Shown here: piece after piece, positions 37,395-46,934 of the stretch | How the letters are laid out: each line of letters starts with the position of its first letter | Numbering within the stretch: the stretch's first letter is position 1 | Origin: an uncultured Verrucomicrobiae bacterium | Lineage (GTDB): Bacteria > Verrucomicrobiota > Verrucomicrobiia > Chthoniobacterales > UBA10450 | Length of the DNA: 64,000 nucleotides | NCBI GenBank assembly: GCA_963772365.1 | Contig: CAVYXA010000006.1 | Span: 1 to 64,000 of the forward strand | Direction: 5' to 3' | Made by a program: the position numbers and the translations under genes | The notes under the pieces: generated by a model | What the model saw: the letters and a program-made list of their open reading frames with translations, nothing else | Told to the model about the DNA's origin: nothing | Database searches by the model: none

Positions 37395-38465
37395 TTAAAT
37401 AGAGTCATCGAGCCAGGCGAGCAAATGCGCAACCGTTTCTTCGGTTTCGTCGCCCATATTGGAGAGGCGGAAGGTTTTGCCGCGGATGGGGCCGTAGCCG
37501 GGATCGATGACGAGATGATGTTTTTCGCGGAGGCGCTGGACCATCGACAAGATGTCGATGCCACGATTGTTTTTGACGCAGGTGAGCGTTTTTGAGCGAA
37601 AACCTTCCTCGGCAAAAAAATCGAAGCCGCTACGCTTCACCCAATCATGGACGAGCCTGTTTGTCCCGGCGTGTCGCGCGTAGCGCGCGTCCAGTCCTTC
37701 CTCGAAGATTTCCTCGAGTTTCGATTGCAAGGCGAATATATGACCAATGCTCGGCGTGGTTGGCGTCATCCATCCGGCCTGTTGTTTTTTGAATTCAAGA
37801 AAATCGAAGTAATAACCGCGATCTTTTTGTTTGCCGGCGCGCGCGAATGCTTTCTCGGAAACACTAAACAGCGAAAAACCGGGCGGCAGCGCGAGCGCTT
37901 TTTGCGAGCCGGTGAGCATCACGTCGATGCCAAGCGCGTCCATCTCGATCTTCATTGCCGAAAAGGACGAGACGGTGTCGAGGATCAATGCGACGTCGGG
38001 ATATTTGGCGAGCGTGCAGCAAATTTCGGGTAACGGATTCATAACTCCGGTCGAAGTCTCGCTGTGGATCAATGTGACGGCGTCGAACTTTCCAGTGGCC
38101 AATTTTGCATCGACATCTTTGTGATCGATGTGTTTGCCCCATTCGACTTGAAGCGGCTCGGTGTTCTTGCCGCAACGTTTCGCGACATCGAACCATTTAT
38201 CGGAGAATGCGCCGCACATGCAGCAGAGCACGCCACGATCGACCAGATTGCGGATCGACGCTTCCATCACGCCCCAGGCCGATGAAGTGGAAAGAAAGAC
38301 CGGCTGTTTCGTTCCGAAGAGCATTTGCAGTTTCGGATGGATGTCGCGATAGAGATTTTTGAATGGCTCGCCGCGATGACCAATCATCGGGCGCGAGAAT
38401 GCCGCCATTGTCTTTTGTGAAACTTCGACCGGACCTGGAATGAAGAGCTTGTCGTGCGGGAGCAT
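37395..38465 (-). CDS. class V PLP aminotransferase (alanine-glyoxylate / serine-pyruvate family)
   Basis: LFIPGP, HSETSTG, DTVSS, GSQKALALPPG. Confidence 0.9.
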   Translation of the reverse strand: MLPHDKLFIPGPVEVSQKTMAAFSRPMIGHRGEPFKNLYRDIHPKLQMLFGTKQPVFLSTSSAWGVMEASIRNLVDRGVLCCMCGAFSDKWFDVAKRCGKNTEPLQVEWGKHIDHKDVDAKLATGKFDAVTLIHSETSTGVMNPLPEICCTLAKYPDVALILDTVSSFSAMKIEMDALGIDVMLTGSQKALALPPGFSLFSVSEKAFARAGKQKDRGYYFDFLEFKKQQAGWMTPTTPSIGHIFALQSKLEEIFEEGLDARYARHAGTNRLVHDWVKRSGFDFFAEEGFRSKTLTCVKNNRGIDILSMVQRLREKHHLVIDPGYGPIRGKTFRLSNMGDETEETVAHLLAWLDDSI

Positions 38466-38474
38466 GAACAAAAT

Positions 38475-38509
38475 CATCGAGCATCGAACATCGAACGTCC
38501 AACGCCGAA
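38475..38509. repeat. heptamer tandem repeat (CATCGAA)n
   Basis: CATCGAG CATCGAA CATCGAA CGTCCAA CGCCGAA. Confidence 0.7.
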
Positions 38510-38553
38510 CCGGACAAGTTGCCTTGGCTGATTGCGCGATGTAGGCGTTATCC

Positions 38554-39573
38554 GTGAAATCGTTCTTACTTTTTTGCGCGATCGTTTGCGTCGGGCAAGT
38601 CGTCGCGGAAGAGAAGGGCCCTAATTATTTGGTGTTCGTCAGCAATGAACACTCCGGCGATTTAAGCGTGATTGATGGATCAACAGATGCCGTCATTGCA
38701 GCATTTCCAGTCGGCAAACGGCCGCGCGGGATTCACGCGACACCCGACGGAAAACGCGTGTTTGTTACGTTGAGCGGATCGCCTCGAATGGCGCCCGGCG
38801 TGGATACCGAACGCGCACCGGCCGACAAAACCGCGGACGGACTGGGCGTGATCGATCCGGTCGCGCGCAAGTTAATCGATCGCTGGCACGTCGGATCCGA
38901 TCCGGAGCAATTCGCGATCAGCAGAGATGGAAAGTTTGCATTCATCGCAAACGAAGACGACGCGACCGCGTCGATTGTCGATCTTAGCTCGGGTCAGTCG
39001 CGCGGGAGGGTGAAAGTCTCGGAGGAACCGGAAGGCGTCGGTGTGAATCCGCAGAATGGCGAGGTCTACGTCACGTGCGAGGCGAAAGGCGAAGTCTTCG
39101 CGATTGTCCCGGACGAACAGCGAGTGATTGCAAAGATCGACACCGGGGGGCGGCCGAGATCAGTCGCGTTTTTACCGGATGGTTCGCGAGCCTACGCGGC
39201 GTGCGAGAATGGAGGCTACGTCGCGGTCATTGATGCGGGGACCCACAAGGTGATTTCGAAAATCCAATTGCCACAAGGTTCGCTCCCGATGGGCACGGCG
39301 ATCTCTTCCGATGGAAAGCACCTTTGTGTCTCAACAGGTCGCGGCAACACGGTCGCGATCATCGACACAGCAACGAATTCCGTTTCCTCGATAATTCCAG
39401 TCGGCAAACGGGTTTGGGGCATCGCGCTGAGCCCTGATGGTTCGAAACTCTACACCGCCAATGGCGCATCGGACGATGTTTCCGTTGTCGATCTAAAACT
39501 GCGCAAGGAGTTGCAACGTATCAAAGTCGGCGGAGGGCCGTGGGGCATCGCGGTTGTGACCCCTCAACAGTGA
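38554..39573 (+). CDS. YVTN-type beta-propeller secreted protein
   Basis: Repeated VG..P.GI...PDG...YV units; signal peptide. Confidence 0.85.
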   Translation: MKSFLLFCAIVCVGQVVAEEKGPNYLVFVSNEHSGDLSVIDGSTDAVIAAFPVGKRPRGIHATPDGKRVFVTLSGSPRMAPGVDTERAPADKTADGLGVIDPVARKLIDRWHVGSDPEQFAISRDGKFAFIANEDDATASIVDLSSGQSRGRVKVSEEPEGVGVNPQNGEVYVTCEAKGEVFAIVPDEQRVIAKIDTGGRPRSVAFLPDGSRAYAACENGGYVAVIDAGTHKVISKIQLPQGSLPMGTAISSDGKHLCVSTGRGNTVAIIDTATNSVSSIIPVGKRVWGIALSPDGSKLYTANGASDDVSVVDLKLRKELQRIKVGGGPWGIAVVTPQQ

Positions 39574-39598
39574 TCCGGCTTGAGATTGCAATGCCGGT

Positions 39599-40111
39599 TC
39601 ACGCATCAGCTTTGATGAAGCTGATATCGCCACTGCGTTCAACGCGGGCCACTGCAATCTTGGAGAGGTCCTCAGTTTTGGCGCTCAAGCGCATGTCTTC
39701 TTCCAGATCGTGTTTGGAGATGTGATGCCGTCTCATGGCATTCCAATTGATCTCGCCGTTTCTGACGAGTACGTGCGGCTCGCCTTTGATTAGAATTCCA
39801 AAGGCGTGAGACCGGCAGGCCACGGAAGCAAAAAGCCGATGAAGAAATACCAATACAAATCCGCCACCGATCGTTGGAAAGAAAGGTGCGCTGCCATTGA
39901 TGGCTCGGGCCAGAACCGAAGAAAGGACGACAATCAGAACGGCGTCGAAAATCGTCTTCTGCGCGAGTGACCGTTTGCTTCCCAACCGAATCATGAGCAG
40001 AGCTGCATTCAAAACGATGATGCCGCGCAGCGAAATTTGAAGGAAGGTCAGCTTGTGCGGCTCCACTCCGATGCCGATTAGCGTTTCAGTAAAAGTCCAG
40101 AATGAGTTCAT
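39599..40111 (-). CDS. DUF421 (YetF-like) membrane protein
   Basis: KRSLAQKT.FD, KGEP..LV.NG, VERSGDISFI. Confidence 0.85.
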   Translation of the reverse strand: MNSFWTFTETLIGIGVEPHKLTFLQISLRGIIVLNAALLMIRLGSKRSLAQKTIFDAVLIVVLSSVLARAINGSAPFFPTIGGGFVLVFLHRLFASVACRSHAFGILIKGEPHVLVRNGEINWNAMRRHHISKHDLEEDMRLSAKTEDLSKIAVARVERSGDISFIKADA

Positions 40112-40238
40112 GGTTGCAATTCTATTGAGCGGATAACGTATGGCGAGGTGATTGAATTGGCGCTCCCCGCAACCAGCAATTGGTAAATCCAATCCACCGG
40201 CGGCATGCGTTTCAGTTACTGAGAGGATTGGAGATTTT

Positions 40239-40475
40239 ATGGCCCGCGGAAGTAAGAAGAAATACAGTTCCAAACAAAAACGGCGAGCTCACAAGATCGA
40301 GAAGGGTTACAAAAAACGCGGCGTCAGCAGCAAGGAAGCGGAGCGTCGCGCTTGGGCCACCGTAAACAAATCGAGCGGCGGTGGGAAGAAGAGCGGTAGC
40401 GGCCGCGGCAAGAAACGGAGCAAAAAGAGTTCACGCAAAGATGGCCGCAAAGGTGGGAAAAAGAAGAAACGTTAG
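40239..40475 (+). CDS. small highly basic protein (ChaB-like 'RRAWATVNK' family)
   Basis: YSSKQKRRAHKIEKGY...EAERRAWATVNK; GGAG RBS. Confidence 0.75.
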   Translation: MARGSKKKYSSKQKRRAHKIEKGYKKRGVSSKEAERRAWATVNKSSGGGKKSGSGRGKKRSKKSSRKDGRKGGKKKKR

Positions 40476-40699
40476 GCGAACGTTGTCGATCCAGAATAAC
40501 GGCAGGTTCAACTAAGTTTGGGAAAGGGGCCGCAAAGGGGAGCGCGCCCCGCTTTTTTTTGCGAGAAATTGCGTGTCCGCTACCAGATTGGGGTCGGCGT
40601 TGCAACTCGGGTCGAAACTTGCGCGCAAAAGCTCCTCGTGGCATAAGAGCAAACTCGCCCGACGAAGATTGATCGGGCTCAACACCGACAAACCGAATC

Positions 40700-41428
40700 A
40701 TGCCGACAGCTTCACCTCCTTCCACCGATGTCGCGCTCGAGACGAGCGTCTTTTGGTTCCGCTACCGAAGGGAGATCATCGCCCTCGTTATTCTTGGCTT
40801 GCTCGCCCTGCTCGGATATACCGGTTATCGCCTCTACATCGCACATCGTGACTCAGAAGCCGCAGCACTCCTTGCTGGCGCTAAAAGAATTCCGGACTAT
40901 CAGCAAGTCATTGATCGCTATCCTGGGACTCCGGCAAGCGCCGACGCGTATCTTTTGCTGGCTGACACGCAGCGCGCAGACAAAAAGTTCGCCGATGCGA
41001 ATGCCACGCTCCAGGCGTTTATTAGCAAAAATCCAAACCACGAGCTCGTCACATCGGCGCGAATGGCGATGGCGGCCAATCTGGAAGCGATGGGCAAAAC
41101 GGATGAAGCGCTGGCCATGTATCAGCAAATTGCCTCGAGCTACCCGAAAAGTTTCAATGCGCCTTTGGCGCTCATGTCGCGAGTCCACCTGTTCAAGGCA
41201 ACGGGGAAAAATGACGAGGCGCGTCAGACTTGCGAACAGATCATGACCCAGTATCGCGACAGTTTTTGGGCGAGAGAAGCGGCCCAGCAACTTCGCTCGC
41301 TGCAGCTAAAGATGCCCGTGGCGTCAGAGCAAAAATCCGCGACCGGTCCGGCGAATCAACCACCATCATTGCTGGCGCGTCCGCCCCTAGCGCAACCTCA
41401 ATCAGCGCCGACAGCGAAGCCGAAGTGA
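40700..41428 (+). CDS. membrane-anchored TPR protein (YfgM-like)
   Basis: N-terminal TM followed by TPR-like helices (YPGTPA, YPKSFNAP). Confidence 0.75.
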   Translation: MPTASPPSTDVALETSVFWFRYRREIIALVILGLLALLGYTGYRLYIAHRDSEAAALLAGAKRIPDYQQVIDRYPGTPASADAYLLLADTQRADKKFADANATLQAFISKNPNHELVTSARMAMAANLEAMGKTDEALAMYQQIASSYPKSFNAPLALMSRVHLFKATGKNDEARQTCEQIMTQYRDSFWAREAAQQLRSLQLKMPVASEQKSATGPANQPPSLLARPPLAQPQSAPTAKPK

Positions 41429-41498
41429 TTTAGAGACCATCGCGGGCTTCCGGCTTGGTTCTTCCGACGCGATGAACCTGCGCTTTAACGCAGAGAAA

Positions 41499-41894
41499 TT
41501 ATCGTTTCGAGAATTGGAAACGTTTCCGCGCGCCGGGTTGCCCGGATTTCTTCCGTTCTTTCATTCGCGGATCGCGACGAAGCAGGCCTTCGGATTTTAA
41601 CGTGCCGCGCAGGTTAGGATCGATCTGAAGCAGGGCGCGGGCAATCGCGAGTCTCGCCGCACCGGCCTGACCGCCGGCGCCGCCGCCGCTGGCGTTGATC
41701 GAGAGATCGTAAGAGTTCACGACTTTTGCGCTCTGGAGTGGCTGCAACACGGTGTTTTGCAGTGGCGCCGTCGGGAAATAATCTTCAAAGGCGCGGCCGT
41801 TGATGTCGATCTTACCGCTCCCGGACGTCATGCGGATCCTTGCGATGGAAGTTTTGCGACGACCGGTGGCGATAAATTCTTCGGATCGAGCCAT
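41499..41894 (-). CDS. rpsI: 30S ribosomal protein S9
   Basis: TGRRKTS...KERKKSG...ARKRFQFSKR. Confidence 0.98.
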   Translation of the reverse strand: MARSEEFIATGRRKTSIARIRMTSGSGKIDINGRAFEDYFPTAPLQNTVLQPLQSAKVVNSYDLSINASGGGAGGQAGAARLAIARALLQIDPNLRGTLKSEGLLRRDPRMKERKKSGQPGARKRFQFSKR

Positions 41895-41907
41895 AAAGTA
41901 GAAGGTG

Positions 41908-42339
41908 TTAAGAAACTGAGGCTGAAGCTGGTTTCTGTGCGCTGTGCGGGTGGGATTCGCCCCGGTAAACCTTTAGTTTACGATATACCGCGCGACCGAG
42001 CCGATTGTGCGGAATCATTCCGCGCACGGCCCGTTCGACCAGCAGTTCAGGATGTCTAGCACGCCGGGCCCGGACGTTTTCAGATTTATGTCCGCCCACG
42101 TATCCGGAAAAACTCATGTAGGTCTTTTGCTCTTCCTTCTTGCCCGTAACGCGCACCTTATCAGCGTTAATTACAATGACGAAATCGCCAGTATCGACGT
42201 GCGGGGTGAAGATTGGTTTGTTTTTCCCGCGCAATAAATTCGCCGCCTTGGCCGCAACTCGGCCCAGCACCTGGTCCTTCGCGTCAATGAGCCACCACTG
42301 ACGCTCGACGTCTTTAGCTTTGGCGGAGTAGGTCTTCAT
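41908..42339 (-). CDS. rplM: 50S ribosomal protein L13
   Basis: LGRVA...[15 protein letters not shown]...AVRGMIP...HPHSAQKP. Confidence 0.98.
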   Translation of the reverse strand: MKTYSAKAKDVERQWWLIDAKDQVLGRVAAKAANLLRGKNKPIFTPHVDTGDFVIVINADKVRVTGKKEEQKTYMSFSGYVGGHKSENVRARRARHPELLVERAVRGMIPHNRLGRAVYRKLKVYRGESHPHSAQKPASASVS

Positions 42340-42461
42340 TTCGGTCTGAAAAAGGGGACGGAAACTACCGGGCAGAGGCGGCGCTGTCAACTCACTGAGG
42401 CATAAACGTGCCCGGTTGTTATCGGATAAAGATGGCACCCGAGGTGCTTCTAGAAATTATA

Positions 42462-43124
42462 ATGCGCCGCCGCTTGGTCCTTTCTCTGGTTCCGTTCGTC
42501 TGTCTCCATTTCGCCGCAGCAGATGACGATTTGTCTGCTCCGGAATCGCTCGTCTCCGGCAGCGCTATCGTTCACGAAATAAATCTGGCGCGTCAGAATC
42601 CCGCAGTTTACGCCAGCTACCTCGAAGAATTGCGCTCTCGTTGCGATGGCAAATTCCTCCGCCAGCCAGGACACGTGAGAATTTGCACGAAAGAAGGCGT
42701 CCACGGCTTAAATGAAGCGATTCGGTTCCTTCGTTCGATAAAGCCATTACCGCCGTTGATCGTGTCGCCCGGCATGTGCAAGAGCGCGGCTGATCATTGC
42801 GCCGATCAAACGGGAGGCCGACTTGGCCATGCCGGGAGCGACGGGAGTAACCCCGGACGGCGAATGAGTCGTTATGGTTTCTGGGACTCGGCCTGGGCCG
42901 AAAACATTTGGTACGGAAAAACCACGCCACGCGACATTGTCATCCAGTTGATTGTCGATGATGGCCTGTCGGGCCGTAAACATCGTAAGAACATTTTTAA
43001 TTCGACCTTTAACTATGCCGGTGCCGCCTACGGCCCGCACGCGATCTACGGTAGCGTGTGTAACATCGACTTCGCTGCGAATTACATTGAGCGCGATTCA
43101 GCCGTGATTGCGCGCGGCTATTAA
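42462..43124 (+). CDS. CAP (SCP/Tpx-1/Ag5) domain protein
   Basis: EINLARQNP, GHAGSDGS, ENI.YG, DDGLSGRKHRKNIF. Confidence 0.85.
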   Translation: MRRRLVLSLVPFVCLHFAAADDDLSAPESLVSGSAIVHEINLARQNPAVYASYLEELRSRCDGKFLRQPGHVRICTKEGVHGLNEAIRFLRSIKPLPPLIVSPGMCKSAADHCADQTGGRLGHAGSDGSNPGRRMSRYGFWDSAWAENIWYGKTTPRDIVIQLIVDDGLSGRKHRKNIFNSTFNYAGAAYGPHAIYGSVCNIDFAANYIERDSAVIARGY

Positions 43125-43218
43125 CTGCAAGCCAGTTACACCTTCAGAATTGTTAAGATCGCAACGGGCTGTCGATCTTGCGCTGTCGCCAAATCGGGAG
43201 CAAACATAGTCCTTCCCC

Positions 43219-44061
43219 ATGATCGAAGGACAAACTGCGCAGAGAGGCAAAGAAAAATTTCCCGATCCCGCCATTGACGGACGCATGTGCGAGTTGTGCG
43301 GCGGCCGGACCTTTTCGATGTTGCACAGCTGGGAAGCGGATAATCGCTGGAATCCAGCGGGTACGCCGATTGCCGTTTGGAAATGCGCATGCGGCTTTAC
43401 TTTTCTGCATCCTGTACCGTCGATCGACCAACTGCCGGATGAAGGGGATTGGTGGTCGGGAAAACGAAAGAGATTTAGCCGAAAGCGGCGCCTGAAGGCC
43501 GCCTGGAATCAGCTTCGCAGGAAACTGTTTGGCGGCCCGAAGGAACGTTTCCTTTGGTACATGCGCAAGGTTGTGCCATCCGGCCGGTTTCTCGATGCTG
43601 GTTTTGGCAAAGGAGAAATGCTGCTATTGGCCAGCCGCTTCTATGATTCTGTCGGGATCGATCCTTCGCCGAGCGCCGTCGCATGGGGAAAAGGCAAAGG
43701 TCTGAATGTGGTCCAAGGAACACTTGAGAACTACCAGTGTGAGCCCAATTCGTTCGACTCAATCTTGCTCGATTCCGTAATCGAACATGTTGAACATCCC
43801 GGCGCACTTCTCCAAAGAGCGCACCAGCTGCTGCGCGATGGCGGCGTCGTGATCATCGTCACGCCGAAGTTAAACGGCCCTGCGCATCGGTTGCATGGAG
43901 CGGATTGGAACGGGTTCCGGCATGGCTATCATACATTTCTGTTTACGGGGAAAACTTTGGGCGAGCTTATGCGCAAATCCGGCTTTCAGGTTTTGCGCTG
44001 GCCCAGGAGAAACCGGATTCTTGATGACATCCTTGTTTTGTGGGGCCGAAAGACAACTTAG
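43219..44061 (+). CDS. class I SAM-dependent methyltransferase with N-terminal Cys cluster
   Basis: CELC...CACG; FLDAGFGKG; VIEHVEHP. Confidence 0.85.
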   Translation: MIEGQTAQRGKEKFPDPAIDGRMCELCGGRTFSMLHSWEADNRWNPAGTPIAVWKCACGFTFLHPVPSIDQLPDEGDWWSGKRKRFSRKRRLKAAWNQLRRKLFGGPKERFLWYMRKVVPSGRFLDAGFGKGEMLLLASRFYDSVGIDPSPSAVAWGKGKGLNVVQGTLENYQCEPNSFDSILLDSVIEHVEHPGALLQRAHQLLRDGGVVIIVTPKLNGPAHRLHGADWNGFRHGYHTFLFTGKTLGELMRKSGFQVLRWPRRNRILDDILVLWGRKTT

Positions 44062-44207
44062 AAAGCGAAACAGTCAGAGAACAGGAGTTCACAACCCCAC
44101 AAGGTCACGGCTTTTTCTAATTTGGTCGTTTGCCCTGATTGGTTGCTACTAAGGACAACGCGCTGACAATCTGCTATCTCTTGGCCATGCCGAATGGACA
44201 AAACCTG

Positions 44208-44786
44208 ATGAGCAGCTTCGAGTTTATCGCGGCGCTCATGTCGATCATCATCGGCCTCGGCGTAACGAATCTCCTGGCCGGCGCTGGCCGAACATTCTAT
44301 CGCCGCAGACAAAATCCGATCGATGAAGTCCACATTGTCTTTACGGCAGCGACGCTGCTTCTCCTCGTCTTGCAATGGTGGGTCACATTCAAATGGAATA
44401 CGCAGGTCAATTGGAGCTTCGACGAGTTTTTGGTCCTGATTGTTTGGACAATTTCACTGTACATGTTGACGGTTTTTCTCTATCCGCCCGATCTTTCGCA
44501 GGAAGAGGAAGGGTCAGATCGGTTTCATCGGAACCGCACCGGATACTACTCGAGCTTCATCGTGATGTGTTTGCTCGACATCACCCAAACAGCCATCCGC
44601 GGCGAACTTTTCCAGCCGATCTGGTATTTGCCTTATGTTTCTCAATATGCGCTGCTGGCTGGAGTAGGATTAATTGCCCGACGGCGCGGGTATAATCGTT
44701 TTTTTGCCTGGTATTTGCTCATCACACTGTTGATCTGGTCGCTCGTAGTGCGGCGATATCTGGTGAGCGATTCGATCAGCGGCTAG
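44208..44786 (+). CDS. hypothetical membrane protein
   Basis: FEF...SIIIGLGVT; several TM helices. Confidence 0.7.
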   Translation: MSSFEFIAALMSIIIGLGVTNLLAGAGRTFYRRRQNPIDEVHIVFTAATLLLLVLQWWVTFKWNTQVNWSFDEFLVLIVWTISLYMLTVFLYPPDLSQEEEGSDRFHRNRTGYYSSFIVMCLLDITQTAIRGELFQPIWYLPYVSQYALLAGVGLIARRRGYNRFFAWYLLITLLIWSLVVRRYLVSDSISG

Positions 44787-45669
44787 GTTGCGCGCCGACG
44801 AGAATAGCGATCACGTTTTCCATTCCGCTAACGACAAGCGCGAATCGGCTGTAATCGAGTTTGTCCGGTGTATCTGTTGCGCTGTGATAGTGTGGGTAAC
44901 GAAATGGCGCTGTATCGGTAATCATTATTCCCGGATAACCATGTTCCCAAAACGACCACTGGTCGGACCACGCCACACCGGGAATAAATGCCGGCAAAGC
45001 CACGCCTTGCGATGGGATCTTTGCCTGCGCCCGAAAGATCGACATGGCACGTCGCAGCAGCGCGCGTGAATGCATATTGGCAACAAAGCCAATGAAATTG
45101 CCGACCTTGGGATAAAGCAACCCGAGGCCGGGAGCTGGATAAGTTTGGGAATGCGGTACATCGGAAAAATAGCCGATCGTTTCCAGACTGATCATTGCGC
45201 CGATGCGCTCGCCACGCGCTTTGCATCGGCTCGCGTATACGAAGCTGCCCATTTGCGGTGTTTGAAAGAACGGCGGCTCTTCATTCACAAAGGCGACGAA
45301 ACGCAGCGTGGCCGATGTCGATGTTCTGGCGAAGCGTCGGGCTAAAGCGAGAAGTGCGGCCACACCGCTCCCGTTGTCATTCGCGCCAGGCGATCCCAAG
45401 ACCGAATCGTAGTGTGCACCGACGATTACGATTTCTGGTCCGGCGCCGGGAATCTCGCTGTCGATGTTGTGACAAGTGCGCCCATGCAAATCGTAACTGA
45501 TCCGCTGCGGCTTCAATCCAGCCCGCGAAAAGGAACTCTCGATAAAATCGGCTGCCGCGCTGAGTTGCGCGTAATGCCAGACGTTTCGCTCGCCGACCTT
45601 CCCGGCGATTGTTTGAACATCCGCTTCCAATTCCGCGCGGAGATTCAGATCATCCACCTTATCAGCCAA
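44776..45669 (-). CDS. M28 family peptidase
   Basis: GAHYDS, GANDNGSG, NEEPP, SDQWSF, YH..TD. Confidence 0.9.
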   Translation of the reverse strand: MADKVDDLNLRAELEADVQTIAGKVGERNVWHYAQLSAAADFIESSFSRAGLKPQRISYDLHGRTCHNIDSEIPGAGPEIVIVGAHYDSVLGSPGANDNGSGVAALLALARRFARTSTSATLRFVAFVNEEPPFFQTPQMGSFVYASRCKARGERIGAMISLETIGYFSDVPHSQTYPAPGLGLLYPKVGNFIGFVANMHSRALLRRAMSIFRAQAKIPSQGVALPAFIPGVAWSDQWSFWEHGYPGIMITDTAPFRYPHYHSATDTPDKLDYSRFALVVSGMENVIAILVGAQPSR

Positions 45670-46786
45670 TCTTCTTGCGGAACAAAAGTGCGCAGAAAGA
45701 AAAGAGAACGATCGACATCGCGATCAGAACGACGAGGTGCGGCCAGTATTCGAAAAAATGCGCGCCGCGCAGAATGATGGCTCGGGCCAGGGAAATAAAA
45801 TACGTGGCCGGAAGAATCGCGCCCAAGGCATAAAAAATCCAGGGCATCGTTTCGCGTGGAAAAACAAAGCCAGAAAAGAAAACACTGGGCAACATGTAAG
45901 TCATGGACATCTGGAGCGCTTGCATCTGGTTTTTGGCTTTGATTGCCACGAGCAGGCCGAGGCTGAGCAAAGCGAAGACATAAACGAATGTAGCAACCAG
46001 CATTGCCAAAACGCTCCCATTGATCGGCACCGCAAACATGAACCTCATGATGAGGAAGAGAATCACCGCCATGGTCATGCCAATGCAAAGATACGGCACG
46101 ATTTTGCCGAGCATCAGGCCCCAACGGCTGAGAGGACTAACGAGCAGAGTTTCGAGGGTGCCTTTTTCACGCTCTCGCACAACAGCCATGGCCGTTGCAA
46201 AAGTGGTGCCGATTTGCAATACGATCCCGATCACGCCCGGGATGTAGAAGTTTGGGCTGCGCATCGTGGGGTTGTAAAGCATCTGCGGACGGATATCGAT
46301 CGGGACATCGCGACGGCCAGTCTCGCGCAAAAGTGTTTCGACGGATTGGCGAAGACCCACGGCGAGCGCGGTGTTGAGCGCTTGCAAAGCCGTCGTGGAA
46401 TTGGAGCCATCGATCAATAGTTGCACTTGGGCCGGTTGTCCGGCGCGCAAGTGCTCGGTGAATTTGGGCGGGATATCCAACCCCGCATAAGCGCGCCCGC
46501 TGCGAATTACGCTCGCCATTTCGTCGATGCTTTGCACGGCCCCGACCACCCGGAAGGTTTCCGTGTTCACGAATCGGTCGATGAATTGCCGGCTTGCTAC
46601 GCTGCGGTCCTCATTCAAAATTACCATCGACATATTTTTGACGTCGGTGTCGAGTGCGTAGCCGAACGCGATCATTTCGACCAGCGGCGGAAAAAACATG
46701 AAGAACAGGGTCATCGGGTCGCGCCAGACGACGATGAATTCCTTGAACAGAATGGCACTGAGACCGCGAAAAGGTTTATGTTTCAT
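45662..46786 (-). CDS. ABC-2 type transporter permease (YbhS/YbhR-like)
   Basis: IDGSN, VREREKGTLE.LLVSP, FSGFVFP. Confidence 0.9.
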   Translation of the reverse strand: MKHKPFRGLSAILFKEFIVVWRDPMTLFFMFFPPLVEMIAFGYALDTDVKNMSMVILNEDRSVASRQFIDRFVNTETFRVVGAVQSIDEMASVIRSGRAYAGLDIPPKFTEHLRAGQPAQVQLLIDGSNSTTALQALNTALAVGLRQSVETLLRETGRRDVPIDIRPQMLYNPTMRSPNFYIPGVIGIVLQIGTTFATAMAVVREREKGTLETLLVSPLSRWGLMLGKIVPYLCIGMTMAVILFLIMRFMFAVPINGSVLAMLVATFVYVFALLSLGLLVAIKAKNQMQALQMSMTYMLPSVFFSGFVFPRETMPWIFYALGAILPATYFISLARAIILRGAHFFEYWPHLVVLIAMSIVLFSFCALLFRKKIG

Positions 46787-46934
46787 TTTTTTTCCGCTGC
46801 GGCCCATCTCTAGCTGATACTTGAAACTTCGTAGGTTGCATTTTGCGCGCAACCTTAACCTGGCATGAAATGGAGGATAAGATTTCGATGAAAAGTATTT
46901 GGCTTTTTAGCCAGAAGCGGGCATTTCTACTACG

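Noticed and set aside
40480..40620. 6S RNA or another ncRNA in this intergenic region
   Set aside because: Only a terminator-like GC hairpin with a T-run is evident; no long rod-like pairing could be established by eye.
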